From NCBI GenBank assembly GCA_037141795.1, contig JBAXBV010000002.1, forward strand, positions 109,237 through 173,236: 64,000 nt of DNA, in the 5' to 3' direction. Below the pieces are notes generated by a model. It was not told the origin of the DNA. It ran no database searches and saw only the letters and a program-made list of their open reading frames with translations. The number at the start of each line of letters is the position of its first letter. The stretch's first letter is position 1. This DNA comes from Betaproteobacteria bacterium. Its GTDB lineage: Bacteria; Pseudomonadota; Gammaproteobacteria; Burkholderiales; Ga0077523. Positions 11,916 through 23,333 of the stretch are shown here, in pieces. The position numbers and the translations under genes are program-made.

Positions 11916-12538
11916 GGCTGCCCTCCGGCCTTCTTGCCTTTCCTGCCCGAACCAAGCTCTGATTCGTCAAGATAACGATAGGTCTTGGCAGTAGCGTCCA
12001 TCACGATCTGTCCACTGGCGTCTGATGCAAGACTGATATCGTTCAAGGTCACGATCCTGGACATCTGAGAAACATCGCTCGCGAATGCGCCGATGTCGTG
12101 AAACGCGCCGATCACGCGAATCGTAATGGGCAACTCGGCATAGAAATCGAAAATGGTCTCCTGCTGTGCCGGACGGAACAATGCGAACTGCAACCCTCTA
12201 CCAAGGCCCGCCTGGTTGATGTCAGCAAGCAGTGCCTCCATCTCGGACTTGTTGGGGAGTTGCTTGAGCATCGCCCCAAATGACTGTTCGATGCTTGCGA
12301 GCTGCTTCCGGTACAAGTCGAGATTTACCGCCTGGGCCTTTCGGTCCAGAAACCTCTGCCGCAAGTCCTGTTCCTTCTGAGTTTCGCTTTCAAGAGTGTC
12401 CGTCTGGGATTGCCAGTCCAGCAAGAACCCCAGAAGGATGATCAAGGCAAAAAGGGCAAGCAGGAAAGCCAGTTTCGGCAGAACCGGCCAGTTCCCGATG
12501 TCTCGAAAATTGAGTTTTTGGAAATCGTCCAGGGTCAT
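11912..12538 (-). CDS. pilO: Type IV pilus assembly protein PilO
   Basis: 208 aa. N-terminal IGNWPVLPK followed by a single TM helix and a coiled-coil region. Operon position. Confidence 0.85.
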   Translation of the reverse strand: MTLDDFQKLNFRDIGNWPVLPKLAFLLALFALIILLGFLLDWQSQTDTLESETQKEQDLRQRFLDRKAQAVNLDLYRKQLASIEQSFGAMLKQLPNKSEMEALLADINQAGLGRGLQFALFRPAQQETIFDFYAELPITIRVIGAFHDIGAFASDVSQMSRIVTLNDISLASDASGQIVMDATAKTYRYLDESELGSGRKGKKAGGQP

Positions 12539-13137
12539 GGCTGCCCAGTCTTGTCTCGTTTACCTGGCGACTTCTTTTCCGATGTGTCCGCTGCGGCCCC
12601 ACGGGTCAGGCTGACATTGACAGCAAATTCATTCTGGCTTTGCTTGCCTGAAGTGTCCGCCTTGACCTCGATGAGACTCGGGGCCTCGAGCCACGGAGAA
12701 GCCTCGAAATTGCGCATCAGGGTGGACACGCGGGCGCTCGAATTTGCGTAACCCAGAACGTTCACCCTGTCGCCTGTCTGCTTGACAGTCCTGAAGACAA
12801 CCCCCTCCGGAATCTGACGGACAAGTTGGTCAAGCAAGCGGACTATCTCCGAACGGTTCGACTGCAAAGACTCCACCACCTGCTTGCGGCCCAGCAAGGC
12901 CTGGGTCTGCTCCTTTAATTTCTTGATGTCCTGAATTTGACGATCAAGGACCGCTATCTCGCCTTCCAGAAATCGATTCCTGCCGATCTGTGTATCGATC
13001 CGGTTCGCAAGATACCCGTGGACAGCAAAAATGATGACGACCCCCAGGACTGCGGTAAGCGCAACCTGGGTGGCAAAACGTTTCCTCCGTTCCTTGCGCC
13101 GTTCCTCCCGATGGGGCAGCAGATTGATCGGGATCAT
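12535..13137 (-). CDS. pilN: Type IV pilus assembly protein PilN
   Basis: ORF 12535..13167 trimmed to MIPINLLPHREERRK (canonical PilN start), whose ATG overlaps the pilM stop as ATGA. Single TM helix. Confidence 0.85.
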   Translation of the reverse strand: MIPINLLPHREERRKERRKRFATQVALTAVLGVVIIFAVHGYLANRIDTQIGRNRFLEGEIAVLDRQIQDIKKLKEQTQALLGRKQVVESLQSNRSEIVRLLDQLVRQIPEGVVFRTVKQTGDRVNVLGYANSSARVSTLMRNFEASPWLEAPSLIEVKADTSGKQSQNEFAVNVSLTRGAAADTSEKKSPGKRDKTGQP

Positions 13138-14246
13138 GACTGGAATCTCCGCAGAGCAAGACCGCACGCAACCACCAGCCCCGGGGCATCCATGGAGAGT
13201 TGGCGCTCCTTTATGCGTGACGACTTCTCCATGCCCGCGAAAGGGTCGGCAACAAATGTGTTCACGCCCGTGCGACGCCCTACCACGGTATCCAGACCAG
13301 GCAGAATGGCACTGCCCCCAGCCAGGACGATGTGATGGACTTGACTGAATTGCGTGGACGTGAAGAAGAACTGCAGGGCTCGGGTAATCTCAAGAGCCAG
13401 CGTATCCATAAACGGGCGGAGAACGGCGGTTTCATAGTTCTCGGGCAAACCTCCGCTCCGCTTTGCATTCTCTGCCTCTTCGGTCGACAGACTGAACACA
13501 CGCTGTATGTCTTGGGTGAGCTGGTTGCCCCCGAAGGGCTGCTCGCGGAAATAGACCGATTGTCGGTTGCGCAGCACATTCACCGTCATCAGTGATGCGC
13601 CAACGTCCACCAAGGCGATCGTCTGATCAACCCCAGCATCCGGCAATTGGGCTTCGATAAGCTCGAAGGCGCTTTGAGCGGCAAAGGAATCTATGTCCAT
13701 GACGATGGCTTTGAGTCCCTGCGATTCGGCAACCGCCACCCTGTCCTCGACCTTTTCCTTTCTGGAGGCCGCGATGAGAACCTCCACTTCGTCCGCATTT
13801 CCTGCGGCAGGCCCAAGAATCTGGAAATCGAGGTTGACTTCCTCGAGCGCGAAAGGAATGTATTGATTCGCTTCGGTCTCGACCTGGAGTTCAAGTTCGT
13901 CTTCGGTCTGTCCCGCGGGGACGGTGATCCTCTTCGTGATGACAGCCGCGGATGGAAGGGCCAGTGCAAGGGTCTTCACGCCAGAGTTCAGACGGCGCCA
14001 CCCTCTCTTGAGGGCATCCCCGACTTGCTCAAGTTCCATGATGTTGCCGTCGACCACCGCGTCTCTGGGCAGGGGCTCTATGGCGTATCTCTCCAAACGA
14101 TAACGCCCCTTGCCCGCAGATCCGAGTTCGACCAGTTTCACAGCCGACGAACTTATGTCCACCCCAATAAGGGGCGGTGTCTTCGGTTTCGCAAATTCGG
14201 CAAGCAGGTTCGAAAGGGCCGAGAAATCGATTTTTCTCTTGAACAT
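13134..14246 (-). CDS. pilM: Type IV pilus assembly ATPase-fold protein PilM
   Basis: ORF 13134..14276; probable start at MFKRKIDF. Actin/FtsA-like fold motif LIGVDISSSAVKLVEL. First gene of pilMNOPQ, divergent from mrcA as in Pseudomonas and Neisseria. Confidence 0.9.
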   Translation of the reverse strand: MFKRKIDFSALSNLLAEFAKPKTPPLIGVDISSSAVKLVELGSAGKGRYRLERYAIEPLPRDAVVDGNIMELEQVGDALKRGWRRLNSGVKTLALALPSAAVITKRITVPAGQTEDELELQVETEANQYIPFALEEVNLDFQILGPAAGNADEVEVLIAASRKEKVEDRVAVAESQGLKAIVMDIDSFAAQSAFELIEAQLPDAGVDQTIALVDVGASLMTVNVLRNRQSVYFREQPFGGNQLTQDIQRVFSLSTEEAENAKRSGGLPENYETAVLRPFMDTLALEITRALQFFFTSTQFSQVHHIVLAGGSAILPGLDTVVGRRTGVNTFVADPFAGMEKSSRIKERQLSMDAPGLVVACGLALRRFQS

Positions 14247-14351
14247 TGGAGGGTTACGCCGAATATCGCCTGTCAAACATTAGATACGAGTCGAAACCAC
14301 AAATCAAGCTTGAAAAACAAGGCCCTGCGATACCCCACCCGATAAGAACCG

Positions 14352-14357
14352 TATAAT
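14352..14357 (+). promoter_or_regulatory. Candidate -10 box (TATAAT) upstream of mrcA
   Basis: Perfect TATAAT hexamer 58 nt upstream of the mrcA start, in the pilM/mrcA divergent spacer. No convincing -35. Motif match only. Confidence 0.25.
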
Positions 14358-14414
14358 CCGATTGCCAATCTGTCATTCCAACCCGGACAAAGCCCTAAAG
14401 CAAGCTTTCTGCCA

Positions 14415-16739
14415 ATGCTGCTCCGATGGTGGTTCGTGCCTTTTTTTGTGGTGATGTCGCTCGTGGTGGCGGCCGCTCTTCTTGTCGGATATGCGGCCGT
14501 CGTCGCATATCCGGCGCTACCGTCCCTAGACGCACTGACAGATTACCGGCCCAAGATCCCGCTTCAGATCTTCAGCACGGAAGGCGATCTGATCGGCGAG
14601 TTTGGCGAAGAACGGCGAGCGGTAGTCACGATATCCGAGGTTCCGGAAAGAATGATCCGGGCGATCATTGCGGCTGAGGACGAGCGCTTTTACGAGCACG
14701 GGGGGGTCGACTACATCGGAATTGCACGCGCGGCACTCTCCAACTTCGTTCACGGCAGTGCCCGCCAGGGGGCCAGCACGATCACCATGCAGGTCGCGAG
14801 AAACTTCTTCCTGACGAAGGAAAAAACCTTCATCAGGAAGTTCAATGAAGCCCTCCTCGCCTTCAAGATCGAACACAGTCTGTCCAAGGACAGCATCCTT
14901 CAACTTTACATAAACCAGATCTTCCTCGGGCAGCGAGCCTATGGGTTCGCGTCCGCTGCCCAGACGTACTTCGGCAAACCACTCGGAAAACTGACTCTCG
15001 CTGAACAAGCCATGCTCGCCGGGTTGCCCAAGGCCCCTTCAAGTTACAACCCCATCGTGAATCCAACGCGTGCGAAGACCCGCCAGGAATACGTCCTGCG
15101 TCGGATGAAGGCCCTTGGCTATATCGATGACGCCGCGTTCGAATCGGCCGTCGCAGCGCCGATCGAAGTGAAGAGGGACCGCCAAGCCTATGCCACTCGG
15201 GCGGACTATCTGACGGAAATGGTCCGACAGGAATTGTTTGAAAGATTCAAGGAAGACGCTTACACGACCGGCTTGCGCGTACAAACCACGCTTTCGCGAG
15301 AACATCAGGATGCTGCGGTCTCGGCAGTCTGGAGAGGTGTCTTCGACTACGACCGGAGACACGGCTACCGGGGTGCCGAGAGCTACGTTGACTTCACCCC
15401 CGACGCTTCGGATGAAGCCCTGGAGGAGCTTTTCGGCGACGACGTCGAGACTAATGGAATTTTTCCCGCGCTGGTCATGCAGGTCGACACGAATGGCATG
15501 CAACTCTTCGCTCGAGGAGTCGGGAGAACAAAGATTAGTGGAGACGGCCTGAAGTTTGCCCAGCGCATGATTGGCGACCGCGCGCCTCCGGAACGTCGTT
15601 TGCGGAGGGGGGCCCTTACGAGGATTGCCCGAGATGACTCGGGAAGATGGCAAATCGTTCAATTGCCAGGCGTTGAGGCGGCACTGGTTGGCGTTGAAGC
15701 ATCCACAGGCGCCATCAGGGCACTGGTTGGCGGTGTGGATTTCGGACGTAACCAGTTCAACCACGTCACACAGGCCTATCGCCAGCCGGGGTCCAGCTTC
15801 AAGCCCTTCATTTATTCTGCGGCGCTGGAGAAGGGCTTCACACCATCCACCATCATCAATGATGCACCCTTGAGTTTCGATGCTTCCGAGACGGGGTCAA
15901 CAAGCTGGGAACCCAAGAATTTCGACGGGGATTTCGATGGGCCTATCTCGATGCGTACCGCTCTGACGAAGTCGAAGAACATGGTGTCCATCAGGATCCT
16001 GCAAGCCATTACCCCGCAATACGCCCAGGACTATGCCATCCGCTTCGGCTTCGAGCGACGCATGATCCCCGCTTATCTGACAATGGCGCTCGGGGCTGGC
16101 TCTGTGACGCCACTCCAGATGGCTGTTGGCTACTCTGTTTTTGCGAATGGCGGCTTTCGAGTAACGCCCTATTTCATCGACCGTATCAGTGACGCGAAGG
16201 GCAAGGTTATTGACACGTCCAAGCCTCAACGTGCGGGCGAGTCCGCACCTCGAGCTATCGATGCTCGCAATGCATTCATCATGACCAGCATGATGCAGGA
16301 CGTGATCAAGGGCGGGACGGCCGCGCGGGCGATGAGGCTGGGCAGGTCTGATCTTGCGGGTAAAACCGGAACCACGAACGAGCAGCGGGACGCCTGGTTC
16401 GCGGGCTTCAATCCCAGACTGGTTGCGATTGCCTGGATGGGGTTCGATACACCAAGGCCCCTTGGCGCGAGCGAGACGGGTGCGAGCGCGGCACTGCCCA
16501 TGTGGATGAACTACATGGCGGAGGCCCTAAAGAGATCAGCGGATGAACCCCCATCCCCCCCTGAAGGCGTGATGGCCACCCTGGTCAATCCAGAAACTGG
16601 CCTGAGAGATGAACGATCGCCTGGTTCCAAGCTTGAGTACTTTCTTCAGGAAAACATCCCGCTGGAGGAGCCAGCCGCGAGTTCAGGCGCCGTCAAGCGG
16701 AAACCGCGGTCGGAAGATTTAGATGACCAACTTTACTGA
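14415..16739 (+). CDS. mrcA: Penicillin-binding protein 1A (bifunctional transglycosylase/transpeptidase)
   Basis: 774 aa. GT51 motifs RAIIAAEDERFYEHGGVD and GASTITMQVARNFFL. Transpeptidase motifs SSFKP (SxxK), SKN and KTGTT. Confidence 0.95.
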   Translation: MLLRWWFVPFFVVMSLVVAAALLVGYAAVVAYPALPSLDALTDYRPKIPLQIFSTEGDLIGEFGEERRAVVTISEVPERMIRAIIAAEDERFYEHGGVDYIGIARAALSNFVHGSARQGASTITMQVARNFFLTKEKTFIRKFNEALLAFKIEHSLSKDSILQLYINQIFLGQRAYGFASAAQTYFGKPLGKLTLAEQAMLAGLPKAPSSYNPIVNPTRAKTRQEYVLRRMKALGYIDDAAFESAVAAPIEVKRDRQAYATRADYLTEMVRQELFERFKEDAYTTGLRVQTTLSREHQDAAVSAVWRGVFDYDRRHGYRGAESYVDFTPDASDEALEELFGDDVETNGIFPALVMQVDTNGMQLFARGVGRTKISGDGLKFAQRMIGDRAPPERRLRRGALTRIARDDSGRWQIVQLPGVEAALVGVEASTGAIRALVGGVDFGRNQFNHVTQAYRQPGSSFKPFIYSAALEKGFTPSTIINDAPLSFDASETGSTSWEPKNFDGDFDGPISMRTALTKSKNMVSIRILQAITPQYAQDYAIRFGFERRMIPAYLTMALGAGSVTPLQMAVGYSVFANGGFRVTPYFIDRISDAKGKVIDTSKPQRAGESAPRAIDARNAFIMTSMMQDVIKGGTAARAMRLGRSDLAGKTGTTNEQRDAWFAGFNPRLVAIAWMGFDTPRPLGASETGASAALPMWMNYMAEALKRSADEPPSPPEGVMATLVNPETGLRDERSPGSKLEYFLQENIPLEEPAASSGAVKRKPRSEDLDDQLY

Positions 16740-16759
16740 ACGCACTCCCTGAAGCCGAC

Positions 16760-17365
16760 ATGCCGCGAGACACGGCCAATAGACTCCAGATGCGCGCGAG
16801 AATCGCGCAATTGGCAGCGCGTCTCATGGCTGAAGACGGAATCAGCGACTACGGACTCGCCAAACGAAAAGCAGCGCGGCAGGCGGGAACCCCGGACACT
16901 CGCAATCTCCCGGACAACATCGAGATCGAACAAGCGCTGCTTGAGTACCAGCAGCTCTATCAGGCGGAAGAGCAAACGCAACGACTCGACACCCTCCGTC
17001 AGGCGGCGGCGGACCTCATGTCGCGCCTGCGACGATTCAATCCTCACCTGGTGGGCGCCATCCTGTCTGGAACCGCAGTCCGATACTCGGATGTCGAACT
17101 TCACTTATTCACGGATGAAGTCAAGGAACTCGAGATGTTCCTCATCAATGAAGGGCTGGAGTTCAAATTCCGCGAAGATCGCTACAACATCGGCGGCCAG
17201 AATCGGATAGTCCACGGCTATGATCTTCCGGGGGCGAGGCTGGTTGTCTTTTCTGGAGAGGATAGCCGTCGCGTGATTCGGTCAAGTCACGACTCGCGTC
17301 CAATTGATCGCGTCAGGGTAGATCAGCTTGACGGAATGAACTTCGGGCCGGGTCCGGATAAATGA
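16760..17365 (+). CDS. Conserved hypothetical protein, possible Pol-beta-type nucleotidyltransferase fold
   Basis: 201 aa. GAILSGTAVRYSDVELHLFTD resembles the G[SG]-x(7-10)-SD[IV][DE]L signature of minimal nucleotidyltransferases. N-terminal helical extension. Function not established. Confidence 0.6.
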   Translation: MPRDTANRLQMRARIAQLAARLMAEDGISDYGLAKRKAARQAGTPDTRNLPDNIEIEQALLEYQQLYQAEEQTQRLDTLRQAAADLMSRLRRFNPHLVGAILSGTAVRYSDVELHLFTDEVKELEMFLINEGLEFKFREDRYNIGGQNRIVHGYDLPGARLVVFSGEDSRRVIRSSHDSRPIDRVRVDQLDGMNFGPGPDK

Positions 17366-17375
17366 CAGGATTCAT

Positions 17376-17415
17376 GTTGTCGGTGCCCTAACCAGGATTC
17401 CGGACAACTCTTCTT
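17376..17415 (+). terminator. Weak candidate intrinsic terminator after the 16760..17365 gene
   Basis: Imperfect hairpin GTTGTCGG (17376-17383) / CCGGACAAC (17400-17408), 8 bp with one bulge, followed by TCTTCTT. Weak. Confidence 0.3.
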
Positions 17416-17507
17416 GATGAGGCCAGTCCTCCTTTCAAGACCATGCGGTGGAACTCTGGCGGTTCATGCCCCACCTTGGAAACCGCTAGAAATGCTGGCA
17501 TCGGGCC

Positions 17508-18263
17508 ATGCAATTCATCGGAGGCGTGAATAACTTGAATTCGGATACAGAAGATGATCCCCGATTCCTCATTGTTGCCCGCATGGAAATCGCCTCCATC
17601 CTGCGGGCCATCATGGCAGAGCGAGAGATTCTAATTGCCCGTTTTCTCGGGGGTCGTTACTCCTTCGTTACCGCGCTGCTGGCCATTGAACCAAGCAGGG
17701 GATTCTGTGTGATCGACATAACGAGAGATCCCGACCTCAATGAACGCGCGGCCAGTTCGAATAGCGTCTCGTTCAAGAGCCAGCAGGCAGGGGTCACCGT
17801 TCAGTGGGAAATTGAGCAACTTAAACTTGGAGAGTTTCAGGGTGGCCAAGCGTTTTATTGTCCGCTACCAAAATCCATCTTCAAGTTTCAACGCCGAGAG
17901 TTCTTCCGTGTCCAGACTCCCATACTCAAGCCCGTCAAGTGCTCAATTCCCCTGGAGGAAAGCAAAGTACTTGAAGTGCACGTCGCAGACATCAGCGTTG
18001 GGGGCGTGTGTCTCTCGGGCGTGCCCCTCGAAATGAGCCTCGAAACCGGGATGGAATACGATGGCTGCAAGATTACGCTGCCCGACCTTGGCGCGATCTT
18101 GGTTACCCTGCAGGTTCGCAACTCGGCTGAGATGCCGTCTCGGGACAACCACACATTCCGCCGCGCCGGATGCATGTTCGTACGCTTGCCACCCGGCGCC
18201 GATTCAATGATCCAGCGCTACATCATTCGCCTGGAGAGAGAACGCCGCACGCGGGGCGGATAA
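17508..18263 (+). CDS. YcgR-like PilZ-domain (c-di-GMP binding) protein
   Basis: 251 aa. PilZ signatures RREFFR (RxxxR) and DISVGGVCL (D/NxSxxG) in the C-terminal half. The N-terminal half is of YcgR/PilZN length. Confidence 0.8.
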   Translation: MQFIGGVNNLNSDTEDDPRFLIVARMEIASILRAIMAEREILIARFLGGRYSFVTALLAIEPSRGFCVIDITRDPDLNERAASSNSVSFKSQQAGVTVQWEIEQLKLGEFQGGQAFYCPLPKSIFKFQRREFFRVQTPILKPVKCSIPLEESKVLEVHVADISVGGVCLSGVPLEMSLETGMEYDGCKITLPDLGAILVTLQVRNSAEMPSRDNHTFRRAGCMFVRLPPGADSMIQRYIIRLERERRTRGG

Positions 18264-18298
18264 CCCTGCCACGTCCTGACCGGCGCAGACCGTTGAGG

Positions 18299-19354
<1,056 letters not shown>

Positions 19355-19990
19355 CTAGTGTGCCTCAGGACTGTCGGGGCGCTTGATCCACCCGCTGATC
19401 CGTGCCCGAGCGGTATCCATGCCCTCGCCGCTCAGGCTGGAAAAAAGTTGCACGCTCACGTCCCCAAGCCCTGCCACCCCGTCACGAACCAGTTCGAGTT
19501 GCCGCCGCGACTGCTGCCGACTAAGTTTATCTGCCTTGGTCAGGAGAATGTGCAGAGGTTTCCCCCAAGGCAGGAACCAGTCAAGCAATTGACGGTCGAG
19601 AGCAGTCAGCGGGTGCCGAATGTCCATGATGCATACAAGACCGGATAACGTTGATCTGTGAGAGAGATAATCGCTGATCAGCCCCCCCCATCGTGCCCTC
19701 TCAGTATGGGGCACTTTTGCGAAACCGTAGCCTGGAAGGTCGACAAGAAACCCACCTGCGGGCAGTTTGAAGAAGTTGATCATCTGGGTTCGGCCCGGTG
19801 TCTTGCTGACAAACGCTAGGCGGTTGTGGGAAACAAGCCGATTGATCGCGCTTGACTTGCCCGCATTGGACCGCCCCGCGAACGCCACCTCGGATTCGCC
19901 GGGGGGCGGTAGCTGGCAGACTTCATGTGCGCTTGCGAAGTACGTGGCGTTAGCCAAGGGATTGACAGGTATCTTCTGAGATTCGGCCAC
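19355..19990 (-). CDS. engB: Ribosome biogenesis GTP-binding protein EngB/YsxC
   Basis: 211 aa. G1 GRSNAGKSS, G3 DLPGYG, G4 TKADK. Divergent from cytochrome c4, as in many proteobacteria. Confidence 0.93.
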   Translation of the reverse strand: MAESQKIPVNPLANATYFASAHEVCQLPPPGESEVAFAGRSNAGKSSAINRLVSHNRLAFVSKTPGRTQMINFFKLPAGGFLVDLPGYGFAKVPHTERARWGGLISDYLSHRSTLSGLVCIMDIRHPLTALDRQLLDWFLPWGKPLHILLTKADKLSRQQSRRQLELVRDGVAGLGDVSVQLFSSLSGEGMDTARARISGWIKRPDSPEAH

Positions 19991-20110
19991 TAGTTAAATC
20001 CGTTAAAATCCGAAGGTCGTTTACACAGCAATAGAGGTCCGATGGTTAGTCTCATCCAAATCTCCGGACCAATCGGTATGTCTCTGCAGCGTTCATTTCC
20101 GAGGAAACTC

Positions 20111-20725
20111 ATGATTTGCAACAAGCCCGTCTTTCCTGCACTGATGATTGTGCTGGCCTCACTTGCTGCGCCCGCAGCTGCAAAAGGCGACGCGGCCAAG
20201 GGCCAAGCGTCCGCAGCTGCCTGTGCCGCATGCCACGGGCTAGACGGCAACAGTGCAATTCCAACGAACCCAAATCTAGCGCAGCAGCATAGCGAATACC
20301 TGGCCAAGCAATTGGCCGAGTTCAAGAGCGGCGCCCGGGCAAACGCAATCATGTCGGGAATGGCTGCTGCGCTTTCCCCGGAGACGATGGGTGATCTTGC
20401 AGCCTACTTTTCCGCACGTCCGGTCAAGCACGCGGGAACCCGCGACAAGGAACTGGCAGCGAAGGGGGCGAAACTCTATCGTGGTGGAGACTCGAGTCGG
20501 GGGCTGCCGGCCTGCTCGGGCTGTCACTCCCCCTCCGGAGCAGGGATTCCAGCCCAATACCCCCGGCTGGCCGGACAGCATCAAGAGTACACCCTTGCCC
20601 AGCTGAAGGCCTTTCGTTCCGGTGAACGTGCGAACGACGGCAACGCAATGATGCGATCTATTGCATCGAAGCTGTCCGATTCAGACATGATTGCGGTTGC
20701 AGAGTACGTTGCCGGCCTGAAGTAA
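20111..20725 (+). CDS. Dihaem cytochrome c4
   Basis: ORF 20042..20725 trimmed to MICNKPVFPALMIVLASLAAPAAA (signal peptide, GAGGA 6 nt upstream). Two haem sites, CAACH and CSGCH. Confidence 0.9.
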   Translation: MICNKPVFPALMIVLASLAAPAAAKGDAAKGQASAAACAACHGLDGNSAIPTNPNLAQQHSEYLAKQLAEFKSGARANAIMSGMAAALSPETMGDLAAYFSARPVKHAGTRDKELAAKGAKLYRGGDSSRGLPACSGCHSPSGAGIPAQYPRLAGQHQEYTLAQLKAFRSGERANDGNAMMRSIASKLSDSDMIAVAEYVAGLK

Positions 20726-20729
20726 CGGT

Positions 20730-22016
20730 TCAACCAGCGAGCGATGCAAAGGCATCGCTCGCTGCCTCAATTGTCAGAGAAATCTCCGCATCCCCATGCG
20801 CGGAAGAAACGAATCCCGCTTCGAATGCGGAGGGCGCCAGGTAAATGCCCCTGTCCAGCATCTGGTGAAAGAAGCGGTTGAAGGCATCCTTGTCACAAGA
20901 CATTACTTCGTCGAAAGTCTGCGGGGGCGAGGAACGAAAGAACAAACCGAACATTCCTCCAACTGAATCGCCTGAGAATTCGAATCCTCGCCTTCTTGCC
21001 TCGTGAACCAGCCCTTGAACGACGCGATCCGTTGTGGCGCCGAGCCGCTCGAAAAATCCTGGCGCCTGCACCAACTTCAGAGTCGCCAGGCCCGCAGCCA
21101 CGGCTACAGGATTGCCGGACAGGGTCCCGGCTTGGTACACCGCCCCAAGGGGCGCCAGACATTGCATGACTTCTCGACGCCCCCCGAATGCCCCAAGCGG
21201 TAGTCCTCCACCGACAACCTTGCCCAACGTCGTGATGTCCGGGACCACACCCAGCAAGTCCTGGGCACCTCCAAGGCCGACTCGAAAACCAGTCATCACC
21301 TCATCAAAGATGAGCAGGGCCCCATGCCTCGCCGTAAGTGCCCGCAATTCATGCACAAAAGCCTCGCTAGGTCGCACAAGATTCATGTTCCCGACGACTG
21401 GCTCAAGTATCACCCCTGCGATCTCCCGACCACTCTTTTCGAATGCGGCTCGAAGGCCATCGATGTCGTTGTATCCGAGAACGAGCGTATGCCGCGTCGT
21501 ATCCGCCGGCACTCCCGCGGAGCTCGGCTGACCGAAAGTGAGCGCACCAGAGCCGGCCTTCACGAGAAGCGCATCTGCGTGACCGTGGTAGCAGCCCTCG
21601 AACTTGACGATCACGTTACGCCCGGTGAAACCGCGAGCGAGGCGAATGGCAGTCATGGTTGCCTCCGTGCCCGAACTCACAAGCCTGACCATGTCCATCG
21701 ATGGAACAAGCTTCGTGAGCATTTCCGCCATTTCCAGTTCACGCTCCGTCGGTGCCCCGAACGACAGGCTGTCGACAGCCGCCTTCTGCACAGCCTCCAC
21801 GACCTCGGGGTGAGCATGCCCCAGAATCATTGGGCCCCATGAACCTACGTAATCAACGTACTCTCTGCCGTCGGCATCCCATAGCCACGCGCCTCTCCCC
21901 TTCTGGAAAAATCTCGGCGTACCCCCTACAGATCGGAAGGCTCTCACTGGCGAGTTGACCCCGCCAGGGATGACTCGCTGAGAACGACTGAACAAGGTTT
22001 CGTTACGGGAAGTCAT
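20730..22016 (-). CDS. hemL: Glutamate-1-semialdehyde 2,1-aminomutase
   Basis: 428 aa class-III aminotransferase. PLP-lysine region [18 protein letters not shown]; N-terminal [11 protein letters not shown]. Confidence 0.96.
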   Translation of the reverse strand: MTSRNETLFSRSQRVIPGGVNSPVRAFRSVGGTPRFFQKGRGAWLWDADGREYVDYVGSWGPMILGHAHPEVVEAVQKAAVDSLSFGAPTERELEMAEMLTKLVPSMDMVRLVSSGTEATMTAIRLARGFTGRNVIVKFEGCYHGHADALLVKAGSGALTFGQPSSAGVPADTTRHTLVLGYNDIDGLRAAFEKSGREIAGVILEPVVGNMNLVRPSEAFVHELRALTARHGALLIFDEVMTGFRVGLGGAQDLLGVVPDITTLGKVVGGGLPLGAFGGRREVMQCLAPLGAVYQAGTLSGNPVAVAAGLATLKLVQAPGFFERLGATTDRVVQGLVHEARRRGFEFSGDSVGGMFGLFFRSSPPQTFDEVMSCDKDAFNRFFHQMLDRGIYLAPSAFEAGFVSSAHGDAEISLTIEAASDAFASLAG

Positions 22017-22660
22017 GTTGTCTCTTTACGGGAGGGTTCGGAAAGGATGCGCGCAAACAGATCTGCATAGTCGGCGGCTCGCGCCTTTACATCACTGGCG
22101 TTGAAAAGATCAGATATGACCGCCACGGCATCGGCACCCGCGTGAATCAACACACTCGCATTCTCGATCGTTATGCCTCCGATGGCCACCAGTGGTCGGG
22201 GCAGGGTTCGTCGAGCTTCGCCGAGCAGGGAGACGGAAGCGCGCGCGGCATCGGGTTTAACCAACGAAGGGAAGAAACTCCCGAATGCAACGTAGTCCGC
22301 CCCATCCGAACAAGCATGCCGAGCGCGATCCAGATCATCGTAACAGGACATGCCAATAAGTATTGACGGCCCCAGGAGACGCCGCGCGCCGCCTATCGAA
22401 CAATCATGACGCCCTAGATGCAACCCGTCAGCTTCCGTGTCACCAGCGAGCATGGGATCGTCGTTCACAACGAAGATTACACGATGCTCAAGACAGATTT
22501 TCCGGACGGCCCGAGCCTCTTCAAGCTTGTCTTTCCCGAAGGCGCCCTTCCGCCGATACTGAAGCACGCGGGCCCCACCCATGGCGGCCGCGAGAACCAT
22601 CACGTTAAGGCGCTCAGGACTGCAAGTGTCAGGCGTAATGGCGTAGAGGCCTTGAATCAT
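22013..22660 (-). CDS. thiE: Thiamine-phosphate synthase
   Basis: 215 aa TMP-TENI fold ([11 protein letters not shown]..., [20 protein letters not shown]). 4-nt overlap with hemL, the conserved hemL-thiE pairing. Confidence 0.9.
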   Translation of the reverse strand: MIQGLYAITPDTCSPERLNVMVLAAAMGGARVLQYRRKGAFGKDKLEEARAVRKICLEHRVIFVVNDDPMLAGDTEADGLHLGRHDCSIGGARRLLGPSILIGMSCYDDLDRARHACSDGADYVAFGSFFPSLVKPDAARASVSLLGEARRTLPRPLVAIGGITIENASVLIHAGADAVAVISDLFNASDVKARAADYADLFARILSEPSRKETT

Positions 22661-22747
22661 CAGGCATCCTTCGGTGTGGCGAACCCACTCTGTCGGAGGG
22701 TCCTTGTTTGACCGTACAATTCCATTTTATCCAACGGCGAGCAATAC

Positions 22748-22930
22748 ATGCCCCAAGACCCCGAGTTCCAGACATTCATGTGTCTTATTTGCGGCTTCAT
22801 ATACGATGAGGCTGCCGGGCTGCCTGAAGAGGCTATACCCGCAGGCACCCGGTGGGAGGACGTCCCCCTGAATTGGGTATGCCCGGAGTGCGGCGCGCGC
22901 AAGGAGGATTTCGAGATGGTAAGGATCTAG
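22748..22930 (+). CDS. Rubredoxin
   Basis: 60 aa with two CxxCG knuckles, CLICG and CPECG, with the canonical spacing and WVCPECG. Confidence 0.92.
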   Translation: MPQDPEFQTFMCLICGFIYDEAAGLPEEAIPAGTRWEDVPLNWVCPECGARKEDFEMVRI

Positions 22931-22940
22931 GAGACCGGCC

Positions 22941-23333
22941 TTGCGAATCCTGCACACGATGCTGAGAGTCGGCAATCTCGAGAAATCCACCGAGTTCTAT
23001 ACGCAAGTATTGGGGATGAGAGTGCTTCGCCGCAAAGAGTATCCGGACGGTCGGTTCACTCTTTGCTTCGTTGGCTATGGAGACGAAAGCACTGAGGCGG
23101 TTATTGAACTGACGCACAACTGGGACACCCCCTCATATGAGCTTGGCTCGGGTTACGGGCACATCGCCATCGAAGTCGATGATGCATACGCAGCTTGCGA
23201 AAGCGTGATTCAGCGTGGGGGTCGAGTAGCCCGCGCTGCGGGTCCCATGAAACATGGTACGACGGTGATCGCCTTCGTGGAGGACCCGGACGGCTACAAG
23301 ATCGAGTTCATTCAGCGGCGCCGCGGGCCGTAG
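22941..23333 (+). CDS. gloA: Lactoylglutathione lyase (glyoxalase I)
   Basis: 130 aa, TTG start. [33 protein letters not shown] and [11 protein letters not shown]. Confidence 0.93.
   Translation: MRILHTMLRVGNLEKSTEFYTQVLGMRVLRRKEYPDGRFTLCFVGYGDESTEAVIELTHNWDTPSYELGSGYGHIAIEVDDAYAACESVIQRGGRVARAAGPMKHGTTVIAFVEDPDGYKIEFIQRRRGP

Noticed and set aside
16760-17365. Reading the nucleotidyltransferase-like gene as the antitoxin of an MNT-HEPN toxin-antitoxin or defence module
   Set aside because: No HEPN-like or other small partner ORF is adjacent. The neighbours are mrcA and a PilZ protein, and the protein is larger than minimal MNTs.
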